Assembly: GCA_964016885.1 (NCBI GenBank)
Contig: OZ024742.1
Span: forward strand, 14,260,001 to 14,324,000
Direction of reading: 5' to 3'
Length of the DNA stretch: 64,000 nt
Source of the DNA: Eledone cirrhosa
Lineage: Eukaryota
The notes under the pieces: generated by a model
What the model saw: only the letters and a program-made list of their open reading frames with translations
Told to the model about the DNA's origin: nothing
Database searches by the model: none
Position numbers and translations under genes: made by a program
Shown here: one piece after another, positions 49,975 through 62,974 of the stretch
How positions within the stretch are numbered: the stretch's first letter is position 1
Layout of the letters: each line of letters opens with the position of its first letter

Positions 49975-52645
49975 CATCATCATCATCATCACCGTTTTAC
50001 GTCCGTTCTTCCACGCTAGCATGGGTTAGACGGGTTGTCCTGTTGTGGGCAGTGTCTGGTCGGCTGACCATGCCTTGCTCATACAGGAACTGATCTGGCT
50101 TGATTTCTACAGCTGGATGCCCTTCCTAACACCAACCTCATTTACAGTGAGTGCTGGGTGCTTTTTCGTGGCGCCTACACGTCCACTTTACAGTGTGGGC
50201 TGGGTGCTTTTTTGCCGTGGCACCTCCACGACCACCTTGCGGTGGGGGGGGGAGGGGGGGGCATATTGTTTATATGCTTCAGCATGTACCCATGGGAGGT
50301 CGGGTACCCTGTATTACTGCGTGACGCCAGAAGTCACGGTCGTGTGTCATTGACTTTGAGAGGTGTAGTTGGGTAAGGTCGGCTTTTATCACCTCATCCC
50401 AAGTCATCTTGGGTCTCCCCACTCCGCGGTTTCCATCAACTTCTAGTGCTCTGCACCTTTTTATGCAGCTGTCATCCTTCATACGCATCACATGTCCATA
50501 CCAGCGTAACCGCCTCTCCTGCACGCAGCATTTGATTCCTCTTATGCTCAGTCTCTCTCTCAATTCATTTATGCTTTGTCGTTCACGTATATTACTGTTA
50601 CACATCCATCGGAGCATGCAGGCTTCGTTTCTCTCTAATCTACGTAAGTCTTCCACCTTCAGCGCCCAGGTCTCACTACCATGCAACATCGCTGTTCGGA
50701 TACACGCATCATACAGTCTGCCTTTCATTCTGAGGGAGAAGCCTTTTGCAGCTAGCAGTGGTAGTAGTTCCCTAAACTTCTTCCATCCCGTTCTTACCCT
50801 AGTTATTGTACTTTCTGAGCACCCACCTCCGTTGCTAATTCGGTCACCTAGGTAGCAGAAGCTGTCTACTGTTTCTACAGGGCCCTCCCAGAGATTGGTG
50901 GTACTTGTTTCCTGTGGCTGTTTGCTTGCTGTTTCAGCACAGCTGCTGCATGTGAATCCTACATTCTTAATTAAGCTTCCTGAGATCCCGCTACATCTCT
51001 TGTGTACCCATTGTTTGCATTTGGGGCAAAGAATGGAGTTCCTACCTACACCTTTCCTACATACTGAGCAAGGCCATTTCCCTGAGGGGATCTGGGTTCT
51101 GTTTTCTCGTCTACTTATAAGGACCTTAGTCTTTGTCATGTTGACTTTGAGGCCCTTTCTCTCTAGTCCCTGCTTCCAGGTTTGGAATTTATTCTCTAGT
51201 TCTACCATAGATTCAGCTATGAGTGCGAGGTCATCAGCATACAGGAGTTCCCATGGGCATCCGGTCTTAAACTCCTCCGTTATTGCCTGCAGGACTATGA
51301 TGAACAGGAGAGGGCTAAGAACAGAGCCCTGGTGGACCCCAACCTGTACGCTAAATTCCTCGCTATACTCATTGCCAATCCTAACTTTGCTGACTGCTCC
51401 CCTATACATGGCTTGTACCGCTTTCACAAGCCATTCATCTACTCCTAGTTTTCTAAGAGCCCACCAGATTACTGCACGTGGAACTCTGTCAAAGGCTTTC
51501 TCAAGGTCGACAAATGCCAAGTAGAGTGGCTTACTTTTAGCTAGGTACTTTTCCTGTAATTGCCTCACAAGGAAGAGCGCATCAGTGGTGCCTTTCCCTG
51601 GAACAAACCCAAATTGCATCTCGTCTATATTCACCCGGTCCCTAATCAGCTGTGCTATAACTCTTTCTGTTACTTTCATGACCTGGTCCATCAACTTTAT
51701 ACCTCTATAGTTTCCTCTATCTAGTGCATCGCCTTTACCTTTGTAGCAGTTGACAATGATGCTACTGCACCAATCTTTTGGTATGGCCCCCTCTAGTATT
51801 ACCTGGTTAACGATACGTGTGGTTATAGTGTGACCTACAGACCCAGATGCCTTCAGCATCTCGGCAGCTATACCCGATGGACCGGTTGCCTTCCCTATCT
51901 TCATATCTCTGATTGCCTTACTTACTACGCTGCCGCTGACTTGTACTGCTGGTCCCTCTATAGGGTCTACGTGGGGTAGGGTCTCTTCTTCCCATGCATT
52001 CTCCTCATTTAGTAATCTATCATAATGACTCTTCCATGCATCTTTCTTCTCAGCACTTGTGAGGGCAAGCTCACCTTTATCATTCCGGATACACTTCTCT
52101 CCAATGACATCACAACTATCTCTGACACACTGCCTCGCAATCTTGAATACCTCCTGTTTCTGGTCCTCACGTTGTAAAACATGCTTGAATTTTCTATCCT
52201 CTGCTTCCCTCCTAGCTAAGTATACTTGTCGCCTAGCTTCCCTCTTGGTCTCTATGTAATGTACCCTGCTCCCCCCGTTCTTCCATTCTTTCCATGCCTG
52301 TCTCTTGGCCTTGACTGCTTCATCTACCTTATTGTTCCACCACCAAGTCACTCTCCTCCTGCTTGAGGTCTTACTCCAGCCACAAACCTCATCCGTCGCC
52401 TCTAGTAAGTTATTTTTTAGGAACTCCCAGTTCTCTTCTACGTTAAATGTCTCTATCTGTTCTTCTTTACTGTCGTAGGCGTTGAGTAAAATATCTTTAA
52501 ATCTGTTACTGGTTGAGGGGACTTTCAGCTTCCAGATCTTTCTTCTCCAGGTTGGCCTCTGTTTCAGGGCTCGTCTAGTTCTGACCGTGAGGTCGCTGAC
52601 AACTAAGCTATGTTGGGATGTACATTCCTCACTAGGGAAGGCTTT
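49975..52645 (-). mobile_element. Young 5'-truncated RTE LINE, subfamily 2 (open ORF of about 790 aa)
   Basis: EECTSQH...RT YADD...PHD finger...RPPMGTC*, 3' UTR and (CAT)n tail. The ORF-track N-terminus is microsatellite read-through. Confidence 0.96.
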
Positions 52646-52720
52646 TGTATATATATATATGTATGTATATATATATATGTATGTATATATATATATGTAT
52701 GTATATATATATATGTATGT

Positions 52721-52775
<55 letters not shown>

Positions 52776-53094
52776 TATGTATGTATATATATATATATAT
52801 GTATGTATATATATATGTATGTATATATATATGTATGTGTATATATATATATATATGTATGTATGTATGTATATGTATGTATGTATGAGAAGGAAAATTC
52901 TGATATAACACCTGCAACCCTGATGGTATCCAATGACGTCGACTTGTTCTGTATATATATATATATGTATGTATGTATATATATATATGTGTATGTATGT
53001 ATATATATATATATATATATATGTGTATGTATATATATGTATGTATGTATATATATATGTATATGTATGTATATATATATATATATGTATATAT

Positions 53095-53358
53095 ATATAA
53101 TGATATATAAGATCAAAAGATGGTTAAAAGAGTTCCATGTATTTTATTATGCGCATTTCAAAAACAAATATCATCATGCAATAACATTTGCGTTTTCGTC
53201 AGATAAAATAGGGAGACATGATATGAAGGTTAAGACACACTTGTGAATAGTGCAGTTTTAAATCAACATATGTTTTAAATCAACATTTGTTTTTGAAATG
53301 CGCATAATAAAATACATGGTACTCTTTTAACCATCTTTTGATCTTATATATCATTATT
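53095..53358. repeat. Inverted repeat with about 75-bp arms in a TA microsatellite
   Basis: ataatgatatataagatcaaaagatggttaaaagag...caaaaacaaat versus its reverse complement at about 53285-53358. Confidence 0.85.
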
Positions 53359-53448
53359 TATACTCCAGTCCTACAAACTGTAGAGTGCTACTTATCCGAT
53401 ATCTGCATTGCTTTATTGTACTACAATAAAACTCACCTCCTACATATG

Positions 53449-53495
<47 letters not shown>

Positions 53496-53529
53496 GTATA
53501 TATATATATGTATGTATATATATATATGT

Positions 53530-54282
53530 AAGAGGGATCAGATGTTGTTTACTCGAGAGAAGGCTACGTTGGTACGGTCACATGATGCGCTTGAAAGACG
53601 ACAGCTGTATAACAAAGTGCAGGGCAATAAAGATAGACGGTAGCCACGGAGTAGGCAGACCCAGAAAAACATGGGACGAGCTGATAAATTCCGACCTCAC
53701 ACGCTTACACCTCTCCAAGACAATGTCACTGGACCGAGACCTTTGGCGGTACTCAGTAATAGAGAAGACCCGCCTTACCTAAATACAAAGTAAAAACCTA
53801 CTACAGTCAGTAGGCATCTCTATCAAAACACACCCCGTCCCACTACCTCCACTCCATCCACACCGCCCCTTTCAATGTAAAGTTATGTTGGTCCCACAAC
53901 ATCCAGGCTGAAACAAATGAGATCGTGTAGGTGTCACAACAAAAAACACACAGTCCACGCTGTAAATGTGGCCGTGTAGGCAACACGGTAAAAACCTCCC
54001 AGCCCCACACTGTAAATTTGGTTGGTGTTAGGAAGGGCATCCAGCTGTAGAAAACCCGCCAGACAGTCCACGCTGTAATGTGGCCGTGTAGGCAACACGG
54101 TAAAAACCTCCCAGCCCCACACTGTAAATGTGGTTGGTGTTAGGAAGGGCATCCAACTGTAGAAAACCCGCCAGACAGTCCTATGCGAGCAAGACAACCA
54201 CTCTTGCCTCAAGTGGGAAAACCCCCGTCCAAACCCATGCAAGCGTGGAACACGGACGCTAAACCTGATGATGATGATGATG
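53530..54282 (+). mobile_element. RTE subfamily 1 3' end with duplicated UTR segment
   Basis: [19 protein letters not shown]...EKTRLT* followed by the 3' UTR and (TGA)n. Confidence 0.92.
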
Positions 54283-54961
54283 TATATATATATATGTATG
54301 TATATTATGTCAGGTCACCAGTTGGTCCTACTGGTAACATGTATCCCAGTACAACCTGTCTCATGGTCGGGTCGTTGGAGACTAAACTGGCAAACCCACC
54401 AAGGTTTCTTGGTGAGGAGGGTGACTTTGGACATCCTGCAGGACTAAAAACAAAACCTGTCAAAGGGCAAAGGAGCTCTTAAGAGTCAATGGCCATCCAA
54501 AATCACCGAGAGAGATGACCCCTTAGCCTTTGTCAAGGCAGAATTCTAGGAGAAGGAAAACTCTGATATAACACCTGCAACTCTGATGGTATCCAATGAT
54601 GTTGACTTGTTTTTCTTTTTGGTAAATATCATCTTGGTTAAGAGAGTGGGACTGGCTTTGTGCAGTGCCTTTGCTCACTATAAAAGCTACACGGCACAGG
54701 CATTGCTTTATATCTGGAGATCTCTCTGCACTTGTCGTTACATGGTACCATGGGCCCAGCACTATATGTCAATAATTGTCACAAGTGTAGTGTTTGTACC
54801 AGAGTTTTCAAGTTGCTGGCTGGACTAAAAGTCACACTCGTTCAGCGTATCGGTAGGGATTCTCCTACATGAATATAAAGTAGTGGCCGTACTCGAAAAC
54901 AGGTTGGCAGCCACCATATTTATGTATATATATATATGTATGTATATATATATATATGTAT

Positions 54962-55300
54962 GGAGGCACATGGCTTAGTGGTTAGAGCATTGGCCTTGCA
55001 ATCGAAAGGTTGTGAGTTCAATTCTCAGACCGGGTAATGTGTTGTTTCCTTGAGCAAGACACCTTATTTCACATTGCTCCAGTTTACTCAGCTGTAGAAA
55101 TGAGATGATAGGGACTGGGGTCCCTATCATTCCACTGCAAAGTGGTCGTGGAGGTGCCACGGCAAAAAAGCACCCAGCACTCACTGTAAATGAGGTTGGT
55201 GTTAGGAAGGGCATCCAGCTGTAGAAATCTAGCCAGAATCAGTTCCCATCCCACCCTTGCAAGCAGGGAAAAAGCGGACATAAAATGAAATGATGATGAT
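54962..55300 (+). mobile_element. Full-length tRNA-SINE with RTE-derived 3' tail
   Basis: A box tggcttagtgg, B box gagttcaattc, tail shared with the RTE 3' UTR, (TGA)n end. Confidence 0.9.
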
Positions 55301-55317
55301 TTATGTATGTATATATA

Positions 55318-55658
55318 TCATCATCATCATCATCATTTTATGTCCGCTTTTCCCTGCTTGCAAGGGTGGGATGGGAACTGATTCTGGCTAGATTTCTACA
55401 GCTGGATGCCCTTCCTAACACCAACCTCATTTACAGTGAGTGCTGGGTGCTTTTTTGCCGTGGCACCTCCACGACCACTTTGCAGTGGAATGATATGGAC
55501 CCCAGTCCCTATCATCTCATTTCTACAGCTGAGTAAACTGGAGCAATGTGAAATAAAGTGTCTTGCTCAAGGAAACAACACATTACCTGGTCTGAGAATT
55601 GAACTCACAACCTTTCGATTGCAAAGCCAATGCTGTAACCACTAAGCCATGTGCCTCC
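55318..55658 (-). mobile_element. Full-length tRNA-SINE, inverted partner of 54962-55300
   Basis: Reverse complement with only a handful of differences. Confidence 0.9.
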
Positions 55659-55789
55659 ATATATGTATGTATATATATATATGTATGTATAAATATATAT
55701 GTATGTAACATGTATCCCAATACAACCTGTCTCATGGTCGGGTCATTGGCGACTAAACCGGCAACTCCACCAAGGTTTCTTGGTGAGGA

Positions 55790-56549
55790 AATTGTCATCC
55801 CTTGAATCGCAAGAATGTTTTGCAAATTTTGAAGGTGCCAGCTATCGCAGCCATTTGTAGTCTATAAATTAAGGAGCTGCGCTCTTTGTCCGCAAATCCA
55901 AGTTCAGTCATACTTTGGCCCAAGCGGGTTGGTATATAACCCGTAGCTCCAATAATGATGGGTATGAAGCTAAAGGTGTATCTTGGATACTTGATTTGTA
56001 AACTCATCAATGGTCCGTAGATGTCCTCCTTCTCCTGTATTTTTCTGAGTGAGTATGTATATATGTATGTATGTATGTATATATGTATGTATATATATAT
56101 GGTGCTACTGGTAACGTACCCCAGTACAACCTGTCTCATGGTCGGGTCGTTGGCGACTAAACTGGCAACCCCACCAAGGTTTCTTGGTGAGGAAGGTGAC
56201 TTTGGACATCCTGCAGGATAAAAAAACAAAACCTGTCAAAGGGCAAAGGAGCTCTTAAGAGTCAATGGCCATCCAAAATCACCGGGAGAGATGACCCCTT
56301 AGCCTTTGTCAAGGCAGAATTCTAGGATAAGGCATTGCTTTATATCTGGAGATCTCTCTGCACTTGTCGTTACATGGTACCATGGGCCCAGCACTATGTG
56401 TCAATAATTGTCACAAGTGTAGTGTTTGTACCAGAGTTTTCAAGTCGCTGACTGGACTAAAAAGTCACACTCGTTCAGCGCATCGGTAGGAGTTCTCCTA
56501 CATGGATATAAAGTATGGCCGTACTCGAAAACGAGTTGGCAGCCACCAT
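55790..56549. mobile_element. Second copy of the R4/Dong fragment + microsatellite + 590-bp element composite
   Basis: Matches 46525-47434 with an internal deletion. Confidence 0.85.
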
Positions 56550-56614
56550 GTATGTATATATATATGTATGTATATATATATGTAAGTATATATATATGTA
56601 AGTATATATATATG

Positions 56615-56645
<31 letters not shown>

Positions 56646-57761
56646 GTATATATATATATATGTATATATATATGTATATATATATGTATATATATGTATG
56701 TATATATATATGTATGTATGTATGTATATATATATGTATGTATATAAATATATGTATGAATGTATATAAGTGTATATATATACACACACAGATATATATA
56801 AATGTATGTATGAATGTGTATAAGTGCATATATACACACACAGATATATACATACATATGTATATAATTAGGTGTTAACTGTAATAATGATCAGCCCTTA
56901 TTTACTACTGCTTCATTAATATCTCCTGGAGTACAGATACATAAAAACAAAGAATAATTAATAATACTCATGTTAATGTGTGTTAAATACCATTTAATTG
57001 GTTCTGAATGTGTTAAACTATGGGGGAGGGGTCATGTTAAAAATAGAGACTTAGACCGACATCAAACACCAATAGAAATTAACAAGAAAAACATTTTTTT
57101 AATTAAAAAATGAATAAATAAAGGCATTTCAAAAAATATCTAAATCCTGGTTGATATTGAAAAAAACACTCCCTGGAAGTAACACAACCCAAATATACAG
57201 TACCAAAATGTACTATGGTGAGAACAAACCTATTACTTCCTGATTTTGAAGCCTCCAAGAAATTTTACAATGCAGCACAAGACCCATTTGAGGCCCAAAG
57301 TAGGCAAAGATGGATGTTGTGTGGTTGCTATGGGGGGACCTGGAATAAACCTGGTTAAACCCCCCAGCTATTGCTGGTACTCATTTTCAGCTGAATATAC
57401 TGGAGCAATGTGAAATAAAGTGTTTTTTTGCTCAAGAACACAACACACAACCCAGGAATCAAAGCCATGACATTATGATCATAAGTCCAACACCTTTACC
57501 TCTAGGCCTCCATGTAAAAATAACAATACATAAAAATCTATAGTTTCTAAAGCCTTTCTACTAGACATAGCAGTTATTTCTTGAATATATTGCACCTGTT
57601 AAAGCAATTGTTGCATGAAAAACTTCCTTATCCCATCTCTTATATTACAATGGGGGTATTTCTTCTAGAGCTAAAAACTTATACAACAGGCCAAAATTAA
57701 AGATTGGCAAATATTATTCAAAACATTGATTAAATTATCTTATTTGAAGCAACAAAATGAT

Positions 57762-57989
57762 TTAACCCTTTAGCATTTAAACCAGCCATATCTGGCCAGA
57801 ATTCTCTCACCTATCTCTGTTCAAACCAACCATAACTTGCCACTTATACTATTGTTAAGGTATTGTTCTCAAAATAGATAACATCAAAATATCCTAAATT
57901 CAATATTATGTGAGATATTATGTAAGATAAAGCCTTTACCACAAAAATACAACAGTATATATAGAGTAATGTAAATGCTAAAGAGTTAA
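57762..57989. mobile_element. TTAA-flanked piggyBac-like MITE
   Basis: Same family as 5964-6174. Confidence 0.75.
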
Positions 57990-58550
57990 AGATTAAATTA
58001 TCTTATTTGAAGCAATAATTATTTTCTAATTGCTAATTTAAATGCTAATTAAGTATGAGATGGTTAACTCATAATTTATTATAGATTAAAAAATGTGAAA
58101 AAAACAATTAACATAATCAGGAAATCCTTCAATTTCAATCTGTAGTATTAGGAGGTAAAATTAGAATAATAAGTGGTTTCTAATTCTCAACAGAGAATCA
58201 ATATCAATTTTAGTGAATTAATCACAAAGTATTTTACTTTTAAAACTTATTTAATTTGGTCAATATAACATTTTGAAGTCTCAAGCTAATTATAGAAATT
58301 AACCTACCTCCTCTTCATAATCTTCACCTTCTTCTTATGTGTGTGTGTGTACGTGGGTATGTATATATTTATCTAGAGAGAGAAAGAGAGCTTCTATTAA
58401 ATTTCACTGAGGGGGCATTGATCATCCAAAGGCCACAGTAGAAGAATGACTTGCCCAAGGTATTGCATTGTGGGATTGAACCTGCAGCCATGTGGTTGCA
58501 GTTGGACACTAACATTATTTCCTTGCCCTAACCTGATGATCAGCTCCAAG

Positions 58551-60725
58551 AGTTGTGACCAGCAGATAGTATCAGCAATAGCAAGACTAATAGAAACATT
58601 ATTCCCTTGGTCTGATCTAATGACCAGGTGTTGTGACCAGCAGATAGTATCAGCAATAGCAAGACTAATAGAAATATTATTTCCTTGGTCTGATCTAATG
58701 ACCAGGTGTTGTGACCAGCAGATAGTATCAGCAGTAGCAAGACTAATAGAAATATTATTTCCTTGGTCTGATCTAATGACCAGGAGTTGTGACCAGCTGA
58801 TAGTATCAGCAATAGCAAGACTAATAGAAACATTATTCCCTTGGTCTGATCTAATGACCAGGTGTTGTGACCAGCAGATAGTATCAGCAATAGCAAGACT
58901 AATAGAAATATTATTTCCTTTGTCTGATCTAATGACCAGGTGTTGTGACCAGCAGATAGTATCAGCAGTAGCAAGACTAATAGAAATATTATTTCCTTGG
59001 TCTGATCTAATGACCAGGAGTTGTGACCAGCTGATAGTATCAGCAATAGCAAGACTAATAGAAATATTATTTCCTTTGTCTGATCTAATGACCAGGTGTT
59101 GTGACCAGCAGATAGTATCAGCAATAGCAAGACTAATAGAAACATTATTTCCTTGGTCTGATCTAATGACCAGGAGTTGTGACCAGCAGATAGTATCAGC
59201 AATGGCAAGACTAATAGAAACATTATTTCCTTGGTCTGATCTAATGACCAGGTGTTGTGACCAGCAGATAGTATCAGCAATAGCTAGACTAATAGAAACA
59301 TTATTTCCTTGGTCTGATCTAATGACCAGGAGTTGTGACCAGCAGATAGTATCAGCAATAGCAAGACTAATAGAAATATTATTTCCTTGGTCTGATCTAA
59401 TGACCAGGTGTTGTGACCAGCAGATAGTATCAGCAGTAGCAAGACTAATAGAAATAGTATTTCCTTGGTCTGATCTAATGACCAGGAGTTGTGACCAGCA
59501 GATAGTATCAGCAGTAGCAAGACTAATAGAAATATTATTTCCTTGGTCTGATCTAATGACCAGGTGTTGTGACCAGCAGATAGTATCAGCAATAGCAAGA
59601 CTAATAGAAACATTATTTCCTTGGTCTGATCTAATGACCAGGTGTTGTGACCAGCAGATAGTATCAGCAGTAGCAAGACTAATAGAAACATTATTTCCTT
59701 GGTCTGATCTAATGACCAGGTGTTGTGACCAGCAGATAGTATCAGCAGTAGCAAGACTAATAGAAATAGTATTTCCTTGGTCTGATCTAATGACCAGGAG
59801 TTGTGACCAGCAGATAGTATCAGCAATAGCAAGACTAATAGAAACATTATTTCCTTGGTCTGATCTAATGACCAGGTGTTGTGACCAGCAGATAGTATCA
59901 GCAGTAGCAAGACTAATAGAAACATTATTTCCTTGGTCTGATCTAATGACCAGGTGTTGTGACCAGCAGATAGTATCAGCAATAGCTAGACTAATAGAAA
60001 CATTATTTCCTTGGTCTGATCTAATGACCAGGTGTTGTGACCAGCAGATAGTATCAGCAATAGCTAGACTAATAGAAACATTATTTCCTTGGTCTGATCT
60101 AATGACCAGGTGTTGTGACCAGCAGATAGTATCAGCAGTAGCAAGACTAATAGAAACATTATTTCCTTGGTCTGATCTAATGACCAGGTGTTGTGACCAG
60201 CAGATAGAATCAGCAGTAGCAAGACTAATAGAAACATTATTTCCTTGGTCTGATCTAATGACCAGGAGTTGTGACCAGCAGATAGTATCAGCAATGGCAA
60301 GACTAATAGAAACATTATTTCCTTGGTCTGATCTAATGACCAGGTGTTGTGACCAGCAGATAGTATCAGCAATAGCTAGACTAATAGAAACATTATTTCC
60401 TTGGTCTGATCTAATGACCAGGTGTTGTGACCAGCAGATAGTATCAGCAGTAGCAAGACTAATAGAAATATTATTTCCTTGGTGTGATCTAATGACCAGG
60501 TGTTGTGACCAGCAGATAGTATCAGCAATGGCAAGACTAATAGAAACATTATTTCCTTGGTCTGATATAATGACCAGGTGTTGTGACCAGCAGATAGTAT
60601 CAGCAGTAGCAAGACTAATAGAAACATTATTTCCTTGGTCTGATCTAATGACCAGGTGTTGTGACCAGCAGATAGTATCAGCAATAGCAAGACTAATAGA
60701 AACATTATTTCCTTGGTCTGATCTG
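58551..60725. repeat. 78-bp tandem array (about 28 copies)
   Basis: Unit gttgtgaccagcagatagtatcagcaatagcaagactaatagaaacattatttccttggtctgatctaatgaccaggt. Confidence 0.96.
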
Positions 60726-62014
60726 CTGATGAGCTCCTTTCTTCTGTTAGTTGTGATCAACAGATCCCCTATCTTGTGTCAATGGTGACCAGCAGATAAT
60801 ATCAGTAATAGAAAGACTAATAAAAACATGTTTTTCTTCCTCTAATCTGATGATCAGATCAGCTTCTTTTCTTTTTTCTAAATTTTAATTTTTATTATTT
60901 ACTTTACTCTTTAATTTTTTGTATCTAATTTACAGATTTCTCTCAAAACTAGTTGAACATGTCACTTCTATTGCCATAAACTACTGTGATAATTAAACAA
61001 GAAATATAACATCCATTTAAATACTAACCCATACTAACACACACTTAATACATGTTGTAATAGTAGTAGTATATGTTAATCTGACTAACTTATAATATAA
61101 TCCATACTTACCAACACTTATAACATTATACACTAAAATATTGTAGATATATATTTCCACTGAGCTCTTTGTGTTTTGTCGTAGCGGTGAGTTCTGGTGT
61201 CCTTGGCCCTATAACCACCTCCCTACTCACCACCATCAGTACGGAGTTGGCTACCAGCAGGTGTGAGTCTGCGAGCTGGAATGGCTGCTCTTCCAACACG
61301 TTTCCCTCACCATCCTCCATCGAAACGCCTTCTCCATTGGGACCACGGGGTGGCCAGCACGTGGGCCCCCATTTACTTATAATAGGGAGAACGAGAGAGG
61401 CAGTGACCGTTCCACAGTAGGCATATCAACAAAAGTAAACTTTATTTACATTCTAGTGCAACAGACTTGGGTCTCCACAAAGTTATGGTATAGAACTAAA
61501 CTAGTTCTGTAAGAGGATTAAGTTTAGTTTTTATCCACTATAGTCCAGCTAGGATGTTGTTGTACTCATTCTTTTACAACTAATCCTAAACGGACGGTAG
61601 TCCGTTTAGTAATATTGTTGTGGTCGTGTTTTCGTTGGCAATCGTCTGTTTACGACAGTACAGCGCGGCTCTACTTAATTTAACTGAGATAAAACTTATA
61701 TGAGCATGAACAGTAGATCATTACGCATATTTTGGCTTAAAAATCTAGAAATTTGGTCCAGCGGGAAAAAGTTTATAATCAAAGTTTGCTGATAAATCTT
61801 GTGTTCAAGTGAGTGAGTAGTAAGCGTGACGCTAGGGGAGGTAATCCAGAAATGACGTAGCTTTGTCATTAAGCCAGTTGCCTCAACTAGATTGCAATTA
61901 TACTCAAAAGAACTTTAAAATGTCAATCACTTGTCAGTAATTCACTATGATCATTTAATTATTGGATAGTTGTTGCTTGCATTGCCTTAAAAAATAGTAG
62001 ACCAGATAGAAAAA

Positions 62015-62969
62015 TGCGTACAGCAAAAAAAAGTAATATTGTTGGAATATAAACCTTTAAAAGAATAGGACAAGAAACTAAGATAAAACTTTAAAGAATT
62101 GGACAAGAAATAAAAAATTTTACAATAATATTAGTGGCAAAATTTTTTTATTTGTTTCCTGTTCTATGCCCCAGTATCTTCTTGATTAGTGCATAATAAT
62201 TGTCATGCTCTCATTGTGCGTTGCCCCTGAGCGGTTGGTTCTGGTTGGCTGAGCAGTTCTGCTCCGTCAGAATGACCATTGCAAGAAGAATTGGCCGATG
62301 CAGCTGCAGGTCTCCTCCAAGAATGCACTTCTGGTCCCGCAACACCAGATGAAGATGGAGAAGACGACCGGGACAAGATGTCGACTCTGACCACCGACTA
62401 CAGCACCTCCCTCAACCACCGGTCCTCCCTCCCTCTGTCCCGTCATCCCTCCAGTCCTCCTGCTCCCCCTTCCTGTACCAGAAAGCTGTGGCACGCATTC
62501 ATCTGGACTGCCGGACTTGAACTCAAGGACAAGATGCAAGGAGAAGATGGACGGGTTGGTCAAGATCAAGGATGAGCTGGACGACAAGACCGTCCGCTGC
62601 TGCTCAAGATCTGTGCTCATGGGCCCATGGGTCCATTCACATTATGCATGACACATGAGGCGTGTCGCCGAGTGATGAAATAGGGGTATGGTTATGGCCC
62701 AATTGGTGTTCAAACCAGGATCAAATGATCCTCCCGGTCTGACGACGACCTCTGAATGTGGAACCCAGAGCCTATGAATGTGGAACTCGATTTTTTACCA
62801 ATAAATATTTTGCCACTAATATTATTGTAAAATTTTTTATTTCTTGTCCAATTCTTTAAAGTTTTATCTTAGTTTCTTGTCCTATTCTTTTAAAGTTTTA
62901 TTTTAGTTTCTTGTCCTGTATTTTTAAAGCTTTATATTCCAACAATATTACTTTTTTTTGCTGTACGCA
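62015..62969. mobile_element. Non-autonomous TIR element with long AT-rich subterminal repeats and a GC-rich interior
   Basis: tgcgtacagcaaaaaaaagtaatattgttgg... versus ...ccaacaatattactttttttgctgtacgca; arms about 135-170 bp. Confidence 0.75.
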
Positions 62970-62974
62970 AATGG

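Noticed and set aside
49492-50093. YI/MYV-repeat ORFs (also at 52482-53246 and 56426-56878)
   Set aside because: (TA)n/(TATG)n microsatellite translations.
54962-55035. tRNA gene
   Set aside because: This is the tRNA-like head of a SINE, continuing into the SINE body and LINE tail.
58397-60788. 787-aa and 780-aa repeat ORFs
   Set aside because: A 78-bp satellite open on both strands, with no splice or domain evidence.
61177-61450. Possible solo LTR (TGT...ACA, GC-rich, AATAAA on the minus strand)
   Set aside because: No target-site duplication, PBS/PPT or second copy is visible.
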